Positions 1 to 10,766 of a stretch of DNA of 64,000 nt are shown piece after piece. Position numbers and translations under genes: made by a program. Within the stretch, counting starts at the first letter, position 1. Each line of letters starts with the position of its first letter. Source of the DNA: an uncultured Methanomicrobiaceae archaeon (GTDB lineage Archaea > Halobacteriota > Methanomicrobia > Methanomicrobiales > Methanoculleaceae); the NCBI GenBank assembly GCA_963826525.1, contig CAWGXH010000004.1, positions 1,120,001-1,184,000 of the forward strand, read 5' to 3'. Below the pieces are notes generated by a model. The model made no database searches, was not told the DNA's origin, and worked only from the letters and a program-made list of their open reading frames with translations.

Positions 1-2
1 CC

Positions 3-1934
3 TCTGCCCACAAGGACGGCGCGTTCGCCATCCAGTTTGCGAGCGGCGCGATCTTCGCCGGCTGCCACCACCAGAGCTGTGGCAGCGGCACGCAGCGCTG
101 GCCGGAGCTTCGGGCACGCTACGAGCAGCGGGAGCCGAAGCGAAAGGAGGAGATATCCAATCCCCCTTCTCCCCCGGCCGAGTACCGCCAGCGGGCGATG
201 GAGATTCTGGAGAATGGCGACCCGCTGGCATTCCTGCTCGACACCTTCACCAGAACCCACGTTGGCGATCGAATCGTCGCCGAATGCCTGATCATGTCGC
301 TCGCCTCCCAGAGCATCGAGAACACGAGCGGGCTGCACGTCGCCATCTCCGGCAACTCCGGCAAGGGCAAAACGCATGCCTGCAACGCGATGCTCAACCT
401 CGTCCCCGAAGAGTACCGGTTGAAGGGCACGGTCTCAAACAAAGCCCTGTTTTATCACGACTCGCTGAGATCGGGCACGGTGCTCCTCTTCGACGATGTC
501 TCGCTCTCGGACGATCTGCAGGAACTTTTAAAGTCGGCGACCGCCAATTTCAGGGAGCCCATCGAACACCGGACGCTCACCGCCGACCGGCGGCTTCGGG
601 TCTGCACCATTCCCGAGCGGTGCGTCTGGTGGCTCGCGAAGGTCGAGAGCGTCGGCGACGACCAGGTGATGAACCGGATGCTCACGGTCTGGATCGACGA
701 CTCGAAGGAGCAGGACATCGCGGTCCTGGAGCATGTGAAAAAGGTCGAGGCGCGGTCACCGGATACATGCGGAGAAGACGTTGACGTGCTGGTCTGCCGG
801 GCGCTGTGGGAGATTCTCAAGGGGCAGCAGTTCCATATCCACATCCCGTTTTCACCTCGCATCCACTTCTCGAACGCCGCAAACCGCAGGAACCCCGCGA
901 TGCTCTTTGACCTTATCAAGTGTCACGCCCTGCTGCACTTCCGCCGGCGGGAGCGGGACGACCACGGGAGTCTTATCGCCACCCGGCAGGATTTTGCGTA
1001 TGCCCGGCAGCTCTTCATCGCCATCAACGGGGAAGTCGGCGGGCAGGAGACGAAGCAGACCCGCAACGAGGCTGCTGCCCTTGCGACCGTTGCGAAGATG
1101 GGCATTGCGGTCTTCACCATCAGGCAGCTGCAGGATACCCTCGGCCTCTCGTATCACCAGACCTACCGGCTCCTGCACGGCTACACCAACAGCAAGGCGA
1201 CCTATACCGGCATTCTGGACAAGTGCCCGGCGGTGAGTCTCATCGACGCGACGGTGGTGGAGGAACTGTACGGCCTTGAACTCAAGCGGCGGGAACAGTA
1301 CTTCTCATTCGATTACGAGATATACCGCCAGTGGTCGGCGAGGGCGGAGGTCTGGATTGCGGAAGAGGACGGTGCAACCGGGAACCGGGACGATCCCGGC
1401 TCTGACGTTTGCACCTTTGCACCCCGTTTGCACCCGAAAATTGGAAAAAGTGCAAATCAGAAAAACGTCGTTTCCAGGGTTTATTCTTGCAATGAAGTAC
1501 AGTACAAAGAAACATGTACAGGTACTCCTGTAATTGTGCACCCATCCGGGGAACCACAGAACCTACCCGACGATGCGGGTAGTGGGTGCAGCGATGGCTG
1601 TGAATCCCGGATGAGTGCAAACGTCGATGATATTCGGGCGCCACAACCGTCTTTTCCGTATAAAACGCCTGAGCGCCGAGTGTCCGATTGCACGCCCGGG
1701 TGCAAAGGTGTGCAAACGGGTGCAAACGTGCAATCGAAGACCGGGAAAGTCCTGCCCCTGCCCGGTCTGCTCGACCATCGCACGTTCGAGCGGGCACGCG
1801 TGGATCTCGGCCGGTGCACGATCTGCGACACCGCAAAAGCGGTCTATCACTCACGCGAGGCGCGGGCGAGTATCTGCCAGGGGTGCTATGCACGGCTTGT
1901 GCGGGAGTGGAACCGGGAGGAGGGGGTGCGGTGA
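3..1934 (+). CDS. Primase/helicase-like replication protein of a mobile element (5' truncated by window edge); Zn-binding region, P-loop NTPase and C-terminal Zn finger
   Basis: Frame is open from position 3 (SAHKDGAFAIQFASGAIFAGCHHQSC...) into the ORF at 198. Walker A SGNSGKGKT, Walker B VLLFDD, C-terminal CTIC...CQGC. Confidence 0.7.
   Translation, partial: SAHKDGAFAIQFASGAIFAGCHHQSCGSGTQRWPELRARYEQREPKRKEEISNPPSPPAEYRQRAMEILENGDPLAFLLDTFTRTHVGDRIVAECLIMSLASQSIENTSGLHVAISGNSGKGKTHACNAMLNLVPEEYRLKGTVSNKALFYHDSLRSGTVLLFDDVSLSDDLQELLKSATANFREPIEHRTLTADRRLRVCTIPERCVWWLAKVESVGDDQVMNRMLTVWIDDSKEQDIAVLEHVKKVEARSPDTCGEDVDVLVCRALWEILKGQQFHIHIPFSPRIHFSNAANRRNPAMLFDLIKCHALLHFRRRERDDHGSLIATRQDFAYARQLFIAINGEVGGQETKQTRNEAAALATVAKMGIAVFTIRQLQDTLGLSYHQTYRLLHGYTNSKATYTGILDKCPAVSLIDATVVEELYGLELKRREQYFSFDYEIYRQWSARAEVWIAEEDGATGNRDDPGSDVCTFAPRLHPKIGKSANQKNVVSRVYSCNEVQYKETCTGTPVIVHPSGEPQNLPDDAGSGCSDGCESRMSANVDDIRAPQPSFPYKTPERRVSDCTPGCKGVQTGANVQSKTGKVLPLPGLLDHRTFERARVDLGRCTICDTAKAVYHSREARASICQGCYARLVREWNREEGVR
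1405..1734. repeat. Inverted iteron-like arrays: TTTGCAC x3 (1408-1433) facing GTGCAAA x3 (1700-1726), plus scattered copies
   Basis: Left: acgTTTGCACcTTTGCACcccgTTTGCACccg. Right: cggGTGCAAAggtGTGCAAAcggGTGCAAAcgtgcaat. Extra GTGCAAA at 1450 and 1615, with an AT-rich stretch at ~1437-1535. Confidence 0.75.
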
Positions 1935-1999
1935 TCCCCTTCGCCCCTTCTGCAGGATCCGGTCTGTTAAGTACCTGCGCCGCACCATATCTGGTACTT

Positions 2000-2251
2000 A
2001 TGAATGCACAACTGGTATTCATCGTACTACCTCTTGTCATTCTGGCGATAATCGCACTGCTTGTCGTATTTGTCAGCAAGCGTGGAAAGGGGAAAAACCT
2101 TTCAAAATTGGCCATTCTGGCATTTGTGCTCATTATTTCCGGAATCGTCTTTGGCGATGACAGGTTAATCGGCTATGGTTTGATCGGTGCCGGTATTCTT
2201 CTTGCGGTCATCGATATCATCGTAAAACTCAGAGAGCAAGAGGAGCAATAA
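2000..2251 (+). CDS. Small three-helix membrane protein, hypothetical
   Basis: MNAQLVFIVLPLVILAIIALL... 83 aa with three hydrophobic segments; lower GC than its flanks. Confidence 0.65.
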   Translation: MNAQLVFIVLPLVILAIIALLVVFVSKRGKGKNLSKLAILAFVLIISGIVFGDDRLIGYGLIGAGILLAVIDIIVKLREQEEQ

Positions 2252-2450
2252 CCAGCAGGTACGGACGGGATCTTCTGTCTGGAAGGAAAAGGTCACGAAC
2301 ACCGGTGCTGCGAGTCGATACGGGAAAATATCTGAAGAGCGGTATGAACCGCTATCCATGCGGGATGTGAGCCTACCCTAACCCCGGCACCGCCACGATC
2401 CCGCCGGCAAGCCCGCTGCTCACGTTCCCCGGTCTGCTCCTTCATCTCCG

Positions 2451-2560
2451 GATGACCTCTCGCTCACCGACGCGATGGGCCTCGCCCGGCACGTCCTCGG
2501 CATGCCGGGCTATGAGGTTCTGCACGGAGCACCCAATCCCTTTTTCCCATCCACACGAAT
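2451..2560 (+). pseudogene. Remnant of a dockerin-like 3' gene end plus its T-rich trailer (paralogous to 5659-5760)
   Basis: Encodes DDLSLTDAMGLARHVLGMPGYEVLH, versus FSMQDAAYLARHLLGLPGYEILH* at 5659-5730. Both are followed by caatcc(c)tttttcccatcc.cacgaa. Confidence 0.7.
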
Positions 2561-2693
2561 GCCGGTGGGTGCCCATACTGTCCATGTCCTGCGAGGAATC
2601 GAGCTGATTTTGAACCTTCGCCTGTTTTCCCGGCGAAAGGATAAGCAGATATTTTAATACCTGCCCGGTCCGATTCTGGATAGGCTGATCACC

Positions 2694-3578
2694 ATGGATA
2701 CGAAGTATTTCACCGTACACGACGGCAGAACTCTTGCATACAGCGAATTCGGAGATCCTGACGGGGTACCTGTTTTTCACGCGCATGGCGGCCCGGGTTC
2801 GAGACTTGAAGGTAAAATTTTTGATAAAACTGCGGAAGAACGGGGATACCGGTTTATTGTAACCGACAGACCCGGCATGGGGGAGTCTACGTATCTGGAG
2901 GGACGAAGGCTCCTTGACTATCCGAACGACATCTCAGAACTTGCCGATGCCCTGAATATCGATACGTTCGGCGTTACCGGCTGGTCGGGGGGAGGTGCGC
3001 ATACAACGGTCTGTGCCTATGCGATCCCGGAGAGACTGCTCTTCAATATGAGCTTCGCAGGCTACACCAACTTTGCAGAGATGCCCGGTGCGGAGAAGTA
3101 CCTTAAGTCCAGGATGGACCAGACATCCGTCGCCCTTTCCAAAACCCATCCGCGCATGTTCAGGTTCTTCTTTGATCTGATGCAGGTGAGTGAGCGGCTG
3201 ATGCCGGACGCCTACTATAAGGCACTCATAAAGGAGCTCTGCGACGCCGATAAGGAGATTGCCGCTGATCCACACTTCAAAGAGGTATTCATGGAGGAGG
3301 AAGGCGAGGCATTCCGGCAGGGAAGCCGGGGGGTGACGACCGATGCCGCGGTTCACTACGTGGACTGGGGGTTCAGCCTCGCGGAGATATCCTGCAAGAT
3401 CCACGTATTCCACGGCACTGAAGACTTCATGGTCCCGATCGAGTATGCACGCAATATCGCCGAACACGTGCCGCGGTGCGAGCTTCACGTGCTGGAGGGG
3501 GAAGGACACCTGTTCCCCTTTAAGTACCAGGATCTCATCTTCGATACGGCCGACAGGGAGATCGGACGGGTTTCCTGA
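2694..3578 (+). CDS. Alpha/beta hydrolase
   Basis: DGRTLAY, HGGPGSR, nucleophile elbow GWSGGG, HGTED, GEGH. Confidence 0.9.
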   Translation: MDTKYFTVHDGRTLAYSEFGDPDGVPVFHAHGGPGSRLEGKIFDKTAEERGYRFIVTDRPGMGESTYLEGRRLLDYPNDISELADALNIDTFGVTGWSGGGAHTTVCAYAIPERLLFNMSFAGYTNFAEMPGAEKYLKSRMDQTSVALSKTHPRMFRFFFDLMQVSERLMPDAYYKALIKELCDADKEIAADPHFKEVFMEEEGEAFRQGSRGVTTDAAVHYVDWGFSLAEISCKIHVFHGTEDFMVPIEYARNIAEHVPRCELHVLEGEGHLFPFKYQDLIFDTADREIGRVS

Positions 3579-3698
3579 GCGTAAACCCGCCTGAACCGGA
3601 ATTCGGGTGACACTATGCGGCAGTTCCTTCAAAAGCCTTCGGGGATCGAATGGAATGCCGCAGTACGCTTTTAAAGAAGAGCACCGATATCCTTACCT

Positions 3699-5730
3699 AT
3701 GACCATTTGCCGACGCCGCACTCTCCGCACGCTGACCCTCTGCCTGCTCCTGCTCGTCATCGTCGAAGGGGGAGCGGCGCTGACCATCGAGTCGAGCAAG
3801 GGGAGCGTCGTCCACGGCAACAATTTCGTCGTGACCATTGCCGGCGGGCCGGACACGACCTACTCCCTCTACGTCAACGACGCCGGTCTCGCGAGCGGGG
3901 AACAGTATCCCCTGATCGCGCCCGGTCAGTCCGGTGTCGTCACCGGCACCGGCGTCCCGGCCGACGAGGCTCTCGACTTCCCGTATACGCGGGCGAACCT
4001 GACCACCACCGCTGCCGGAACCCGCACGGTGCAGTTCAACACCTCCCATGCCACCGAGCCACGGAGCTTCACGATCACGGTCGTCGACCTGGCCGATACC
4101 GCCGTATTCGACACGGTCACGGTAGCGGTGACGCGGGGAGCGGTCACTCTGACCGCATCCGGCACCGGCGTCTACTACGTCGGCGAGGAGATCACGATCG
4201 GCGGCGCCAACACCGACAACACGACCACCTTCCTCTTCCTCACCGGCCGTGACCTCCCGGCCAACGGCGCCGGGCTCAACGACATCACCACGCCCGTCGT
4301 CGACGGCGAGGGCGGCACCTTCGTCAAAGTCGATGTCGAGAGCGACCAGACCTGGGAGTACGTCTGGGATACCGCAAGCGTGAGTAAAGCCCTGAAGTCC
4401 GGCACCTATACCATCTACGGCCTCTCCGCCCCGCGGGACAAGGCTCACATCTCCTCTGCAGCGTACGCCACCTCCTCCATCGTCCTCAAGGCTCCCATCG
4501 TCACGGCAACCCCGGGCTCGAACGCCGTTGCCAGGGGCGACAATCTGACGATCTCCGGATATGCGGAGTTCCAGCAGAAAAACGTCTATGTCTGGATCTT
4601 CAGCGACGGCTGCTGGGTCCTCGGCGATCCGGTCGGTGTGACGTGGATGGATGGTTATGCATACGTGCTCGCAGGTGCGGAGACGCTGAAGTTCTCCTCC
4701 GAAGAGTGCTACATCATAGTCCAGAACCCCGGCGGGGACGGGCTGCAGGACGTCTCCGGGATCAACGCTACCTGGATCCGCGACGCCGGGGGCAACGAGG
4801 TCGATCTCGGCATCCGGACGCTCCCGGACGCCGCAAACACCCTCGTGAACGCGCTTAACGCGCCCGAGGCCGACGACACCTATACTCGGCTGACCCTGCC
4901 CGTTGAGGAGCCCTGGATTGCGATCGACGCCGTCGGCGACCGGGGCGTCGGCAGCACCTTCACGCTCTCCGGCACCACGAACCTCGTCGCCGGTGACGTA
5001 CTGTCGGTGAACGTGACGGATGCGTCTTCCGCGCCGGTCTTCCGCGGGCAGGCCGTTGTGAAATACGAGGTACGCAAAGCCGAACAATTCCTGGTCGGCC
5101 AGACTCGATACCACCGGTCTTGCGGAGGGCGAATATACCGTCACGGTCGACTATCCGGCTACGGGAACCGGTCAGACGACCACGTTCTCCCTCGTCCCGC
5201 CCGGCCTCGTCGTGAACGCTCCGGCAGCGAACCCTGCGGTTATTGTTCAGAACACCGACGGGACCCACATGTGGGGTGAGACCGCCGTGCTCTCGGTGAC
5301 GGCGACCGGGGCGGGCATCGCGTCGGTGACGGTGAATCTCTCAAGCATCGGCGGCTCCGCGGCGACGCCGATGACCGACGCCGGGGACGATACCTGGACG
5401 GCGACCGTCTCGAGCGCTGTCCCCTCGCCGTTCGAGGACGGCGCCTACCGGCCGGTGCTCCTCGCTGTGAACGTGACCGGTGTAGACGGCGTCAGCGACA
5501 CCTCGGTCTCCATCCCGCTCACGGTCGTGAAGAACGGGGATGCGAACCTGGATAACCGGGTCACGCTCTACGACGCCGTCTACATCGCCCGGCACTCCCT
5601 CTATATCGGGGGCTACCCGATGACGGAGAGCGTCGGAATGGTCTGCGGAAATTACTACTTTTCGATGCAGGATGCGGCCTACCTCGCCCGGCATCTCCTC
5701 GGACTTCCCGGCTACGAAATCCTGCACTGA
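3699..5730 (+). CDS. Secreted S-layer-glycoprotein-like protein with C-terminal dockerin-like domain (frameshift ~5068)
   Basis: Signal peptide; YYVGEEITIGG..LFLTG..LPANG and WEYVWDT..GTYTIY segments typical of Methanomicrobiales S-layer proteins. Continues in the next frame (PNNSWSARLDTTGL...) to GDANLDNRVTLYDAVYIARH. Confidence 0.7.
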
Positions 5731-5847
5731 ACCACAATCCTTTTTCCCATCCGCACGAACCCCGCCGCATCTCCCTGCCGTGAGATCGCTCACCCGCCGG
5801 AGACGCATGGAAAAATAGTTCTACCATATAACGACAATGTACGGTAG

Positions 5848-6811
5848 ATGGAAAACGGGATGCGGGATAAGGCGCGGAGCGTTCTGAAACAGATCCTCAC
5901 GGCGGCGGCATACGACGTGGAGGATGTGAGCGATCCGCTGGACCTCTCGGCCATCGGAGACGAGGACGTTTTAATCGTGCTCTGCTCCGACGACCCGGAT
6001 CAGATAGACGAGTTCGACCGGACGACCTACAACCTCGGCGTCGATGGGGAGAACCTCGTCTGCAGAAAACTTCTCTTCACGCTCGACGAGACCGTGCAGG
6101 CGGGGAACTGTATCCGCTGGGGCTCCGACGAGTTTGCGAAGTACGCCGGAGAAGCGGCACGGGCGCACCTCCTCGGTCGAAGGCTCGCGCTCGACCTTGC
6201 GGCACCCGAACCGGCACAACCGAAGCGGGCGGAAACGGCGAAGGCCGCCCCGGAAGACGACGGACTCACGGGACCCGACCTGCTGCACCTTCCGATGCAG
6301 GTCAACGAGAAACGGGCGATCGGGATCGCCGGCGTGCAGGGCACGGTCAAATGCAAATTCATACCCCACTGGTACTACCGGTATGCGAGCACCGGCGAGC
6401 GGACGGTTAAGGATAGGCTGGTCTCGTTCGAGTCCGAGGGTGCGGGCGTCATCAACGGGATCAACGGCATACGGTCGGAGACGGATATGCGCGAGGCGGC
6501 CGTCTCGCCTGTACCCTTCGGTTCCGAGGTGCTCCAGCCCCGGATCCAGAAGAGTGACGCCGAAGAGCAGCTCGAAGCGGGAGATCGTCGAAAACCTGAC
6601 CCAGCGGGTGCGGTTCCGGCAGGAGAAGGGCGACGCCATCTTCTACGAGGAGAAGACCCTGAAGCCCGACAAAAGCAACGTAACCGTCGATATGCTGCTC
6701 GTGTACGTCCCGGTCTGGCAGGTCCGGGGCGGGAGCAGGATCGTTGAGGTCAACGCCTTCAACGGGGAGATCCTCGCTATGCCCATGGACGAGGGCGTCG
6801 AGTTACTCTGA
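5848..6811 (+). CDS. Conserved archaeal hypothetical protein (frameshift ~6574)
   Basis: ORF 5848 joins the C-terminus of ORF 6044..6811 (LVYVPVWQV...EVNAFNGE...DEGVELL). Confidence 0.7.
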
Positions 6812-6815
6812 GACC

Positions 6816-8156
6816 ATGATCGTCGTTATCGGTGGCGGGCCTGCCGGGCGCATTGCGGCGATGCGGCTTGCGGAGGCGGGCCGTGAGGTCAGGCTCGTCG
6901 AGAAGCGGGCGATCGGAGGGCAGTGCCTCCACGACCGGTGCATGGTCGTCTGCGCCCTCGCGGATGCCGCAAGGCTCGTCGAGCGCTCGCGAAAGATGCA
7001 CGACCTCGGCATCTTCGACGCAGCGCCGCGGATCTCGTTCCCGGCGATGATGACCCGGATGCGCGAGATCCAGACGAAGATCGGCTCCGTCCTCGACGAG
7101 GAGACACGGCGCGCCGGTGTCGAGATCCTCTACGGTGCGGAAGGTCGCCTCGAGGGAGCGACGGTCTACATCGACGACGAACCCGCACCTGCGGAGGCCG
7201 TCATCGCGGCGACCGGCTCGCGAGCGGCACTCCCCGATATTCCCGGCGTCGACCTTCCCGGCGTCTACACCTACGAGACGCTCCGGGAGATCCCGATCTC
7301 CCCGCCCGGATGGCGATCGTCGGGGGAGGCACCGTCGCTGCGGAGTTCGCCCGGATCTTCCACGCGTTCGGCTCGGAGGTGCACCTGATCGCCAAGGACC
7401 TCGCTCTTAAAAGACCTGGACGAGCGGCTCCGCACCGCCGCACGCCGCGACCTCGCCGGGGTCGCCATCCACGAAGACGCCCGGGTGCTCTCGATCGAGG
7501 GCGGCGGGCGCGTCCGGTCGGTGGAGATGCGGACGGCGGACGGCGATACCGGACTCGAGGTCGACGCCGTCTTCCTCGCGACCGGCCTTACCCCCCGCTC
7601 CGAGCTCCTGCAGGGGCTCCGGAAAGACCCGCTCGGGAACGTGATCGTGGACGACCACATGCAGACGAGCGTGCCGGGCGTCTACGCCGCCGGCGACGTC
7701 ATCGGCCCGCCCTACTTAACGCCGGTAGCCCGGCGGGAGGGGGCCGTCGCCGCCGACAACATCCTCGGGCGAAACGTCGCCATGGACTACGCCGCCGTCC
7801 CGCAGGCGCTCGAGCTCGGCTACGAGTTCGCCTCCGTATCGGTGCCGGGGGAGGAAGGGGTCACCCTCTCCTCGCCGGCTCCCGCAGGCCCGGGCTCGTT
7901 CTGGGACGTCGCGTCGGGCTGGACCGGGATGGCGCAGATCCGGGTCGACCCAGCCACCGGCCGGATCGTCGGCGCTGCAGCGGCGGCACCGGGAGCCTCG
8001 CTCCTGATCTCCTACCTCGGCTTTCTGATGCGGCGGGGCATCACCGTCGACGACTTCGACGCCTTCGCCGAGATTCACCCGTCGACCGACGGGATCTACT
8101 GGCTCAGCCGCTACGCCGCGGAGCTGCTGCGAAAAGAGCGAGAAAAAGACCCCTGA
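6816..8156 (+). CDS. Dihydrolipoamide dehydrogenase-like FAD/NAD(P) disulfide oxidoreductase (frameshifts ~7290, ~7410)
   Basis: IGGGPAG, GGQCLHDRC redox CxxxxC, IVGGG, TSVPGVYAAGD, HPSTD. Confidence 0.85.
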
Positions 8157-8166
8157 TACCCGGGGC

Positions 8167-9787
8167 TCAGAGGTTCCTGAACATCTGCCCGAACTGGGGC
8201 AGGAAATCTTTTTTCCGGGACATAACGCCCTCGAGGCGCACCGGCTGGTCGCGAAGGGCGAGTTTCGTGAGGCAGGCGTCCTCGCCGGCGGCGAAGAGAT
8301 CGCTCGCGTTCGCAAAGACGTTCGTAAAGAGCACGAGGAAACAGTCGGTGCCGGTAGCGCTCCGGAGCCGCTCCAGGCTCTGCCGGATCAGGTCCCCGTT
8401 CTGCTCCGGGTACTCGAAGGTCGAGACCATCACCTGCGCGATCATCACGCTCTTCCCGAAGAGGTTGTAGCGTTTCATATCCCGGGTGAGGAGCTCCTCC
8501 GGCGACATCGACCCGAGCTCCATCCCCTTCCCGACCAGCTCGGTGCCGAACGCGACCGGATCGATCCCGGTAAGGTCGGCGAGGTACCGGGCCGCCCGCG
8601 TATCTGCGGGAGTGGTCGTGGAGAGCTTCATCACCATCGTATCGGAGAGAATACCGGAGAGGAGCAGACCTGCCGCGGCAGGGGACGGCTCGCACCCCGC
8701 CTCGATGAACTTGTTGGTGATGATCGTCGAGGTCGACCCGACGGGGTCGTTGAGGAACTTCACCGGCTTTAGGGTCGATATGGCGCCGAGACGGTGGTGG
8801 TCGACGATCTCGAGGATATCCGCGGTCTCGATCCCGTCGACGGCCTGGGAGGTACTCGTTGTGGTCGAGCAGGATCACGGACTTCTGGACGGACTGCATC
8901 AGGGTCGTCCGCGAGACGAGCCCGATATGCTTCTCCCCTTCGCCGACGGCGCAGGCCGTCCTGAACTTCGAGTTGGAGACGACCTGCTTTGCGTACTCGA
9001 GCGAGTCCTCCATCCTGACGATGGGGAGATCGGTCTTCTCCATGATCATCTCCGCCGGGAGCGAGAGGCTGATCATCTTCCCGACCGAGAACGCGTCGAG
9101 CGTGGTCGCGAGCATCGAGACGCAGCGTGCCTGTGCCGCCTTGATCACCCGCTCGCCGACGGGCGCTCCTTCGGCGATGATCATCGCGGCGATCCCCGCC
9201 GATATCAGGGCGAGCTGGGCGGGTTCGTTATCCCCGACGATCGCGATGTCGTCCGGCGTCATACGGGAGAGGGTGACGTGCAATGCGTCGATGACGGTGT
9301 AGACCCGCCCTTCGCCGAGCGTCGGGCGCTCCGCGGTGATGATCCGGGCGTCGAGGATACGGGCGAGGGTCTCGAGTTTCATGGGGATGAGCGAGAGCTG
9401 CTCGCGGGGGTTCTTCCTGACGTACGACCGTGCGAGACCGTATTCGCTGACGAGACCGAGGAGCGTGCCCGCTTCATCGGTGATCGGCATATTCCGCATA
9501 TCATAGGTGTCCATCATGGCGGCGACGTCGATCGTCGGCACGTCCGCTTGAGCGCTCCGGGTATCGAGCGGGATATCCGATACCGTCGGCTCGATGTTCG
9601 CGATATAGAACGGGGCCTTCGCGTCGAACGTCGAGAGTGCGAAGCGGGTCTCGGCGTTCACCTCGCCGCACCGGGCAGCGACGTATGTATCGGACTCCGT
9701 CTGGTTCAGGAGCTCCGCATAGCCGATGACACTGCAGATACTATCGGTATCCGGCTGCTTGTGTCCGATGATATAGATCGTGGTCAG
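8167..9787 (-). CDS. ppaC: Mn-dependent inorganic pyrophosphatase, family II, with CBS-DRTGG insert (frameshift ~8851)
   Basis: GHKQPDTDS, DHNE, DHH (second frame), PVGSTST, GILSDT, SRKKDFLP; CBS and DRTGG-like (GDNE) segments. Confidence 0.9.
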
Positions 9788-9904
9788 TCGTATTCCTCCT
9801 CGCAAAATCTCCTTCGTATCGCCGGCCCCGGTGGGCGGCGGCAGCATCGTGGTATGTAGCTGGTAGGTTCTGCTCGCTCAAAAGATATTGCCCACCGTAG
9901 CCCC

Positions 9905-10589
9905 TCAGTATCCGGCGAGAAGGATTGCCATGATCCTTGATTCCGCACGCCGCAGGTGTTCGATAGCCGTGGCCTTGCTGACCCCGACCTCGTCTGCGAG
10001 CCCGGTGCCGCTGGTCTTCCGCGGATACTCGTAGTATCCGCAGCGTTTCGCGGCAAGGAGCACCCGGCGCTGCCGGTCGGTCAGCATCCCGAGGATATCG
10101 CGGCCGTCGTAGGTCACCGGCTGGAAGCTGACGTTCAGAACCTCCCCGTACGACTCCATCAGGCGGAGGAACTTCTGCAGGTTCTCCTCATCGCCGATGC
10201 AGCTGTAGACGACACGGTCCGGCGATTTTTTGATCGGCGTCGTCCAGATCAGGTCGAGGTCGAACGCCTGCATCTTCTGCCGGAAGAACTCGTCATGGAC
10301 CTGGCCCCGGATAAGGCAGGTATGGATCGCTCCCTGCACCTTGACGACGTGCAGGATCTCCATGACCCCCGGGATGACAATATCCTCGATGGAGTACCCG
10401 TCGGCGACGGTGATCTCGCAGAGAACAAGTTTCAGCCCTTTCTCGAAGTCCACCTTCAGGATCTCGAGGAGCGAGACCGACTCGATCCGCTCGAAAGACG
10501 CGAGTCCACTCCTGCATCTGCTCCTGCAGTTCCGCCGGGGCGTCGGGGATGGTCAGTTGCGGGCGGAGTTCGACGATCAGCTTGCGCAT
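9905..10589 (-). CDS. Bat/HTH_10-type transcriptional regulator (frameshift ~10505)
   Basis: C-terminal LTDRQRRVL..A..GYYEYPRK...LA.EVGVSKAT..EHLRRAE; N-terminus MRKLIVELRP in another frame. Confidence 0.85.
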
Positions 10590-10766
10590 GATCAGATGAG
10601 GGCGGCGGCGGTATATATTACCCGTACATGTACGGGGCAACGCTCATCTAGCCCGGCACCGAACTACTCCGTATGCGAAAGGATGAGGCCGCCCGCCCTC
10701 TCCGGTTTGCAAAAGGCTATCAGGCGATATGACATGGTGAAGGTTAGGAATACAGAGTGTGATCCG

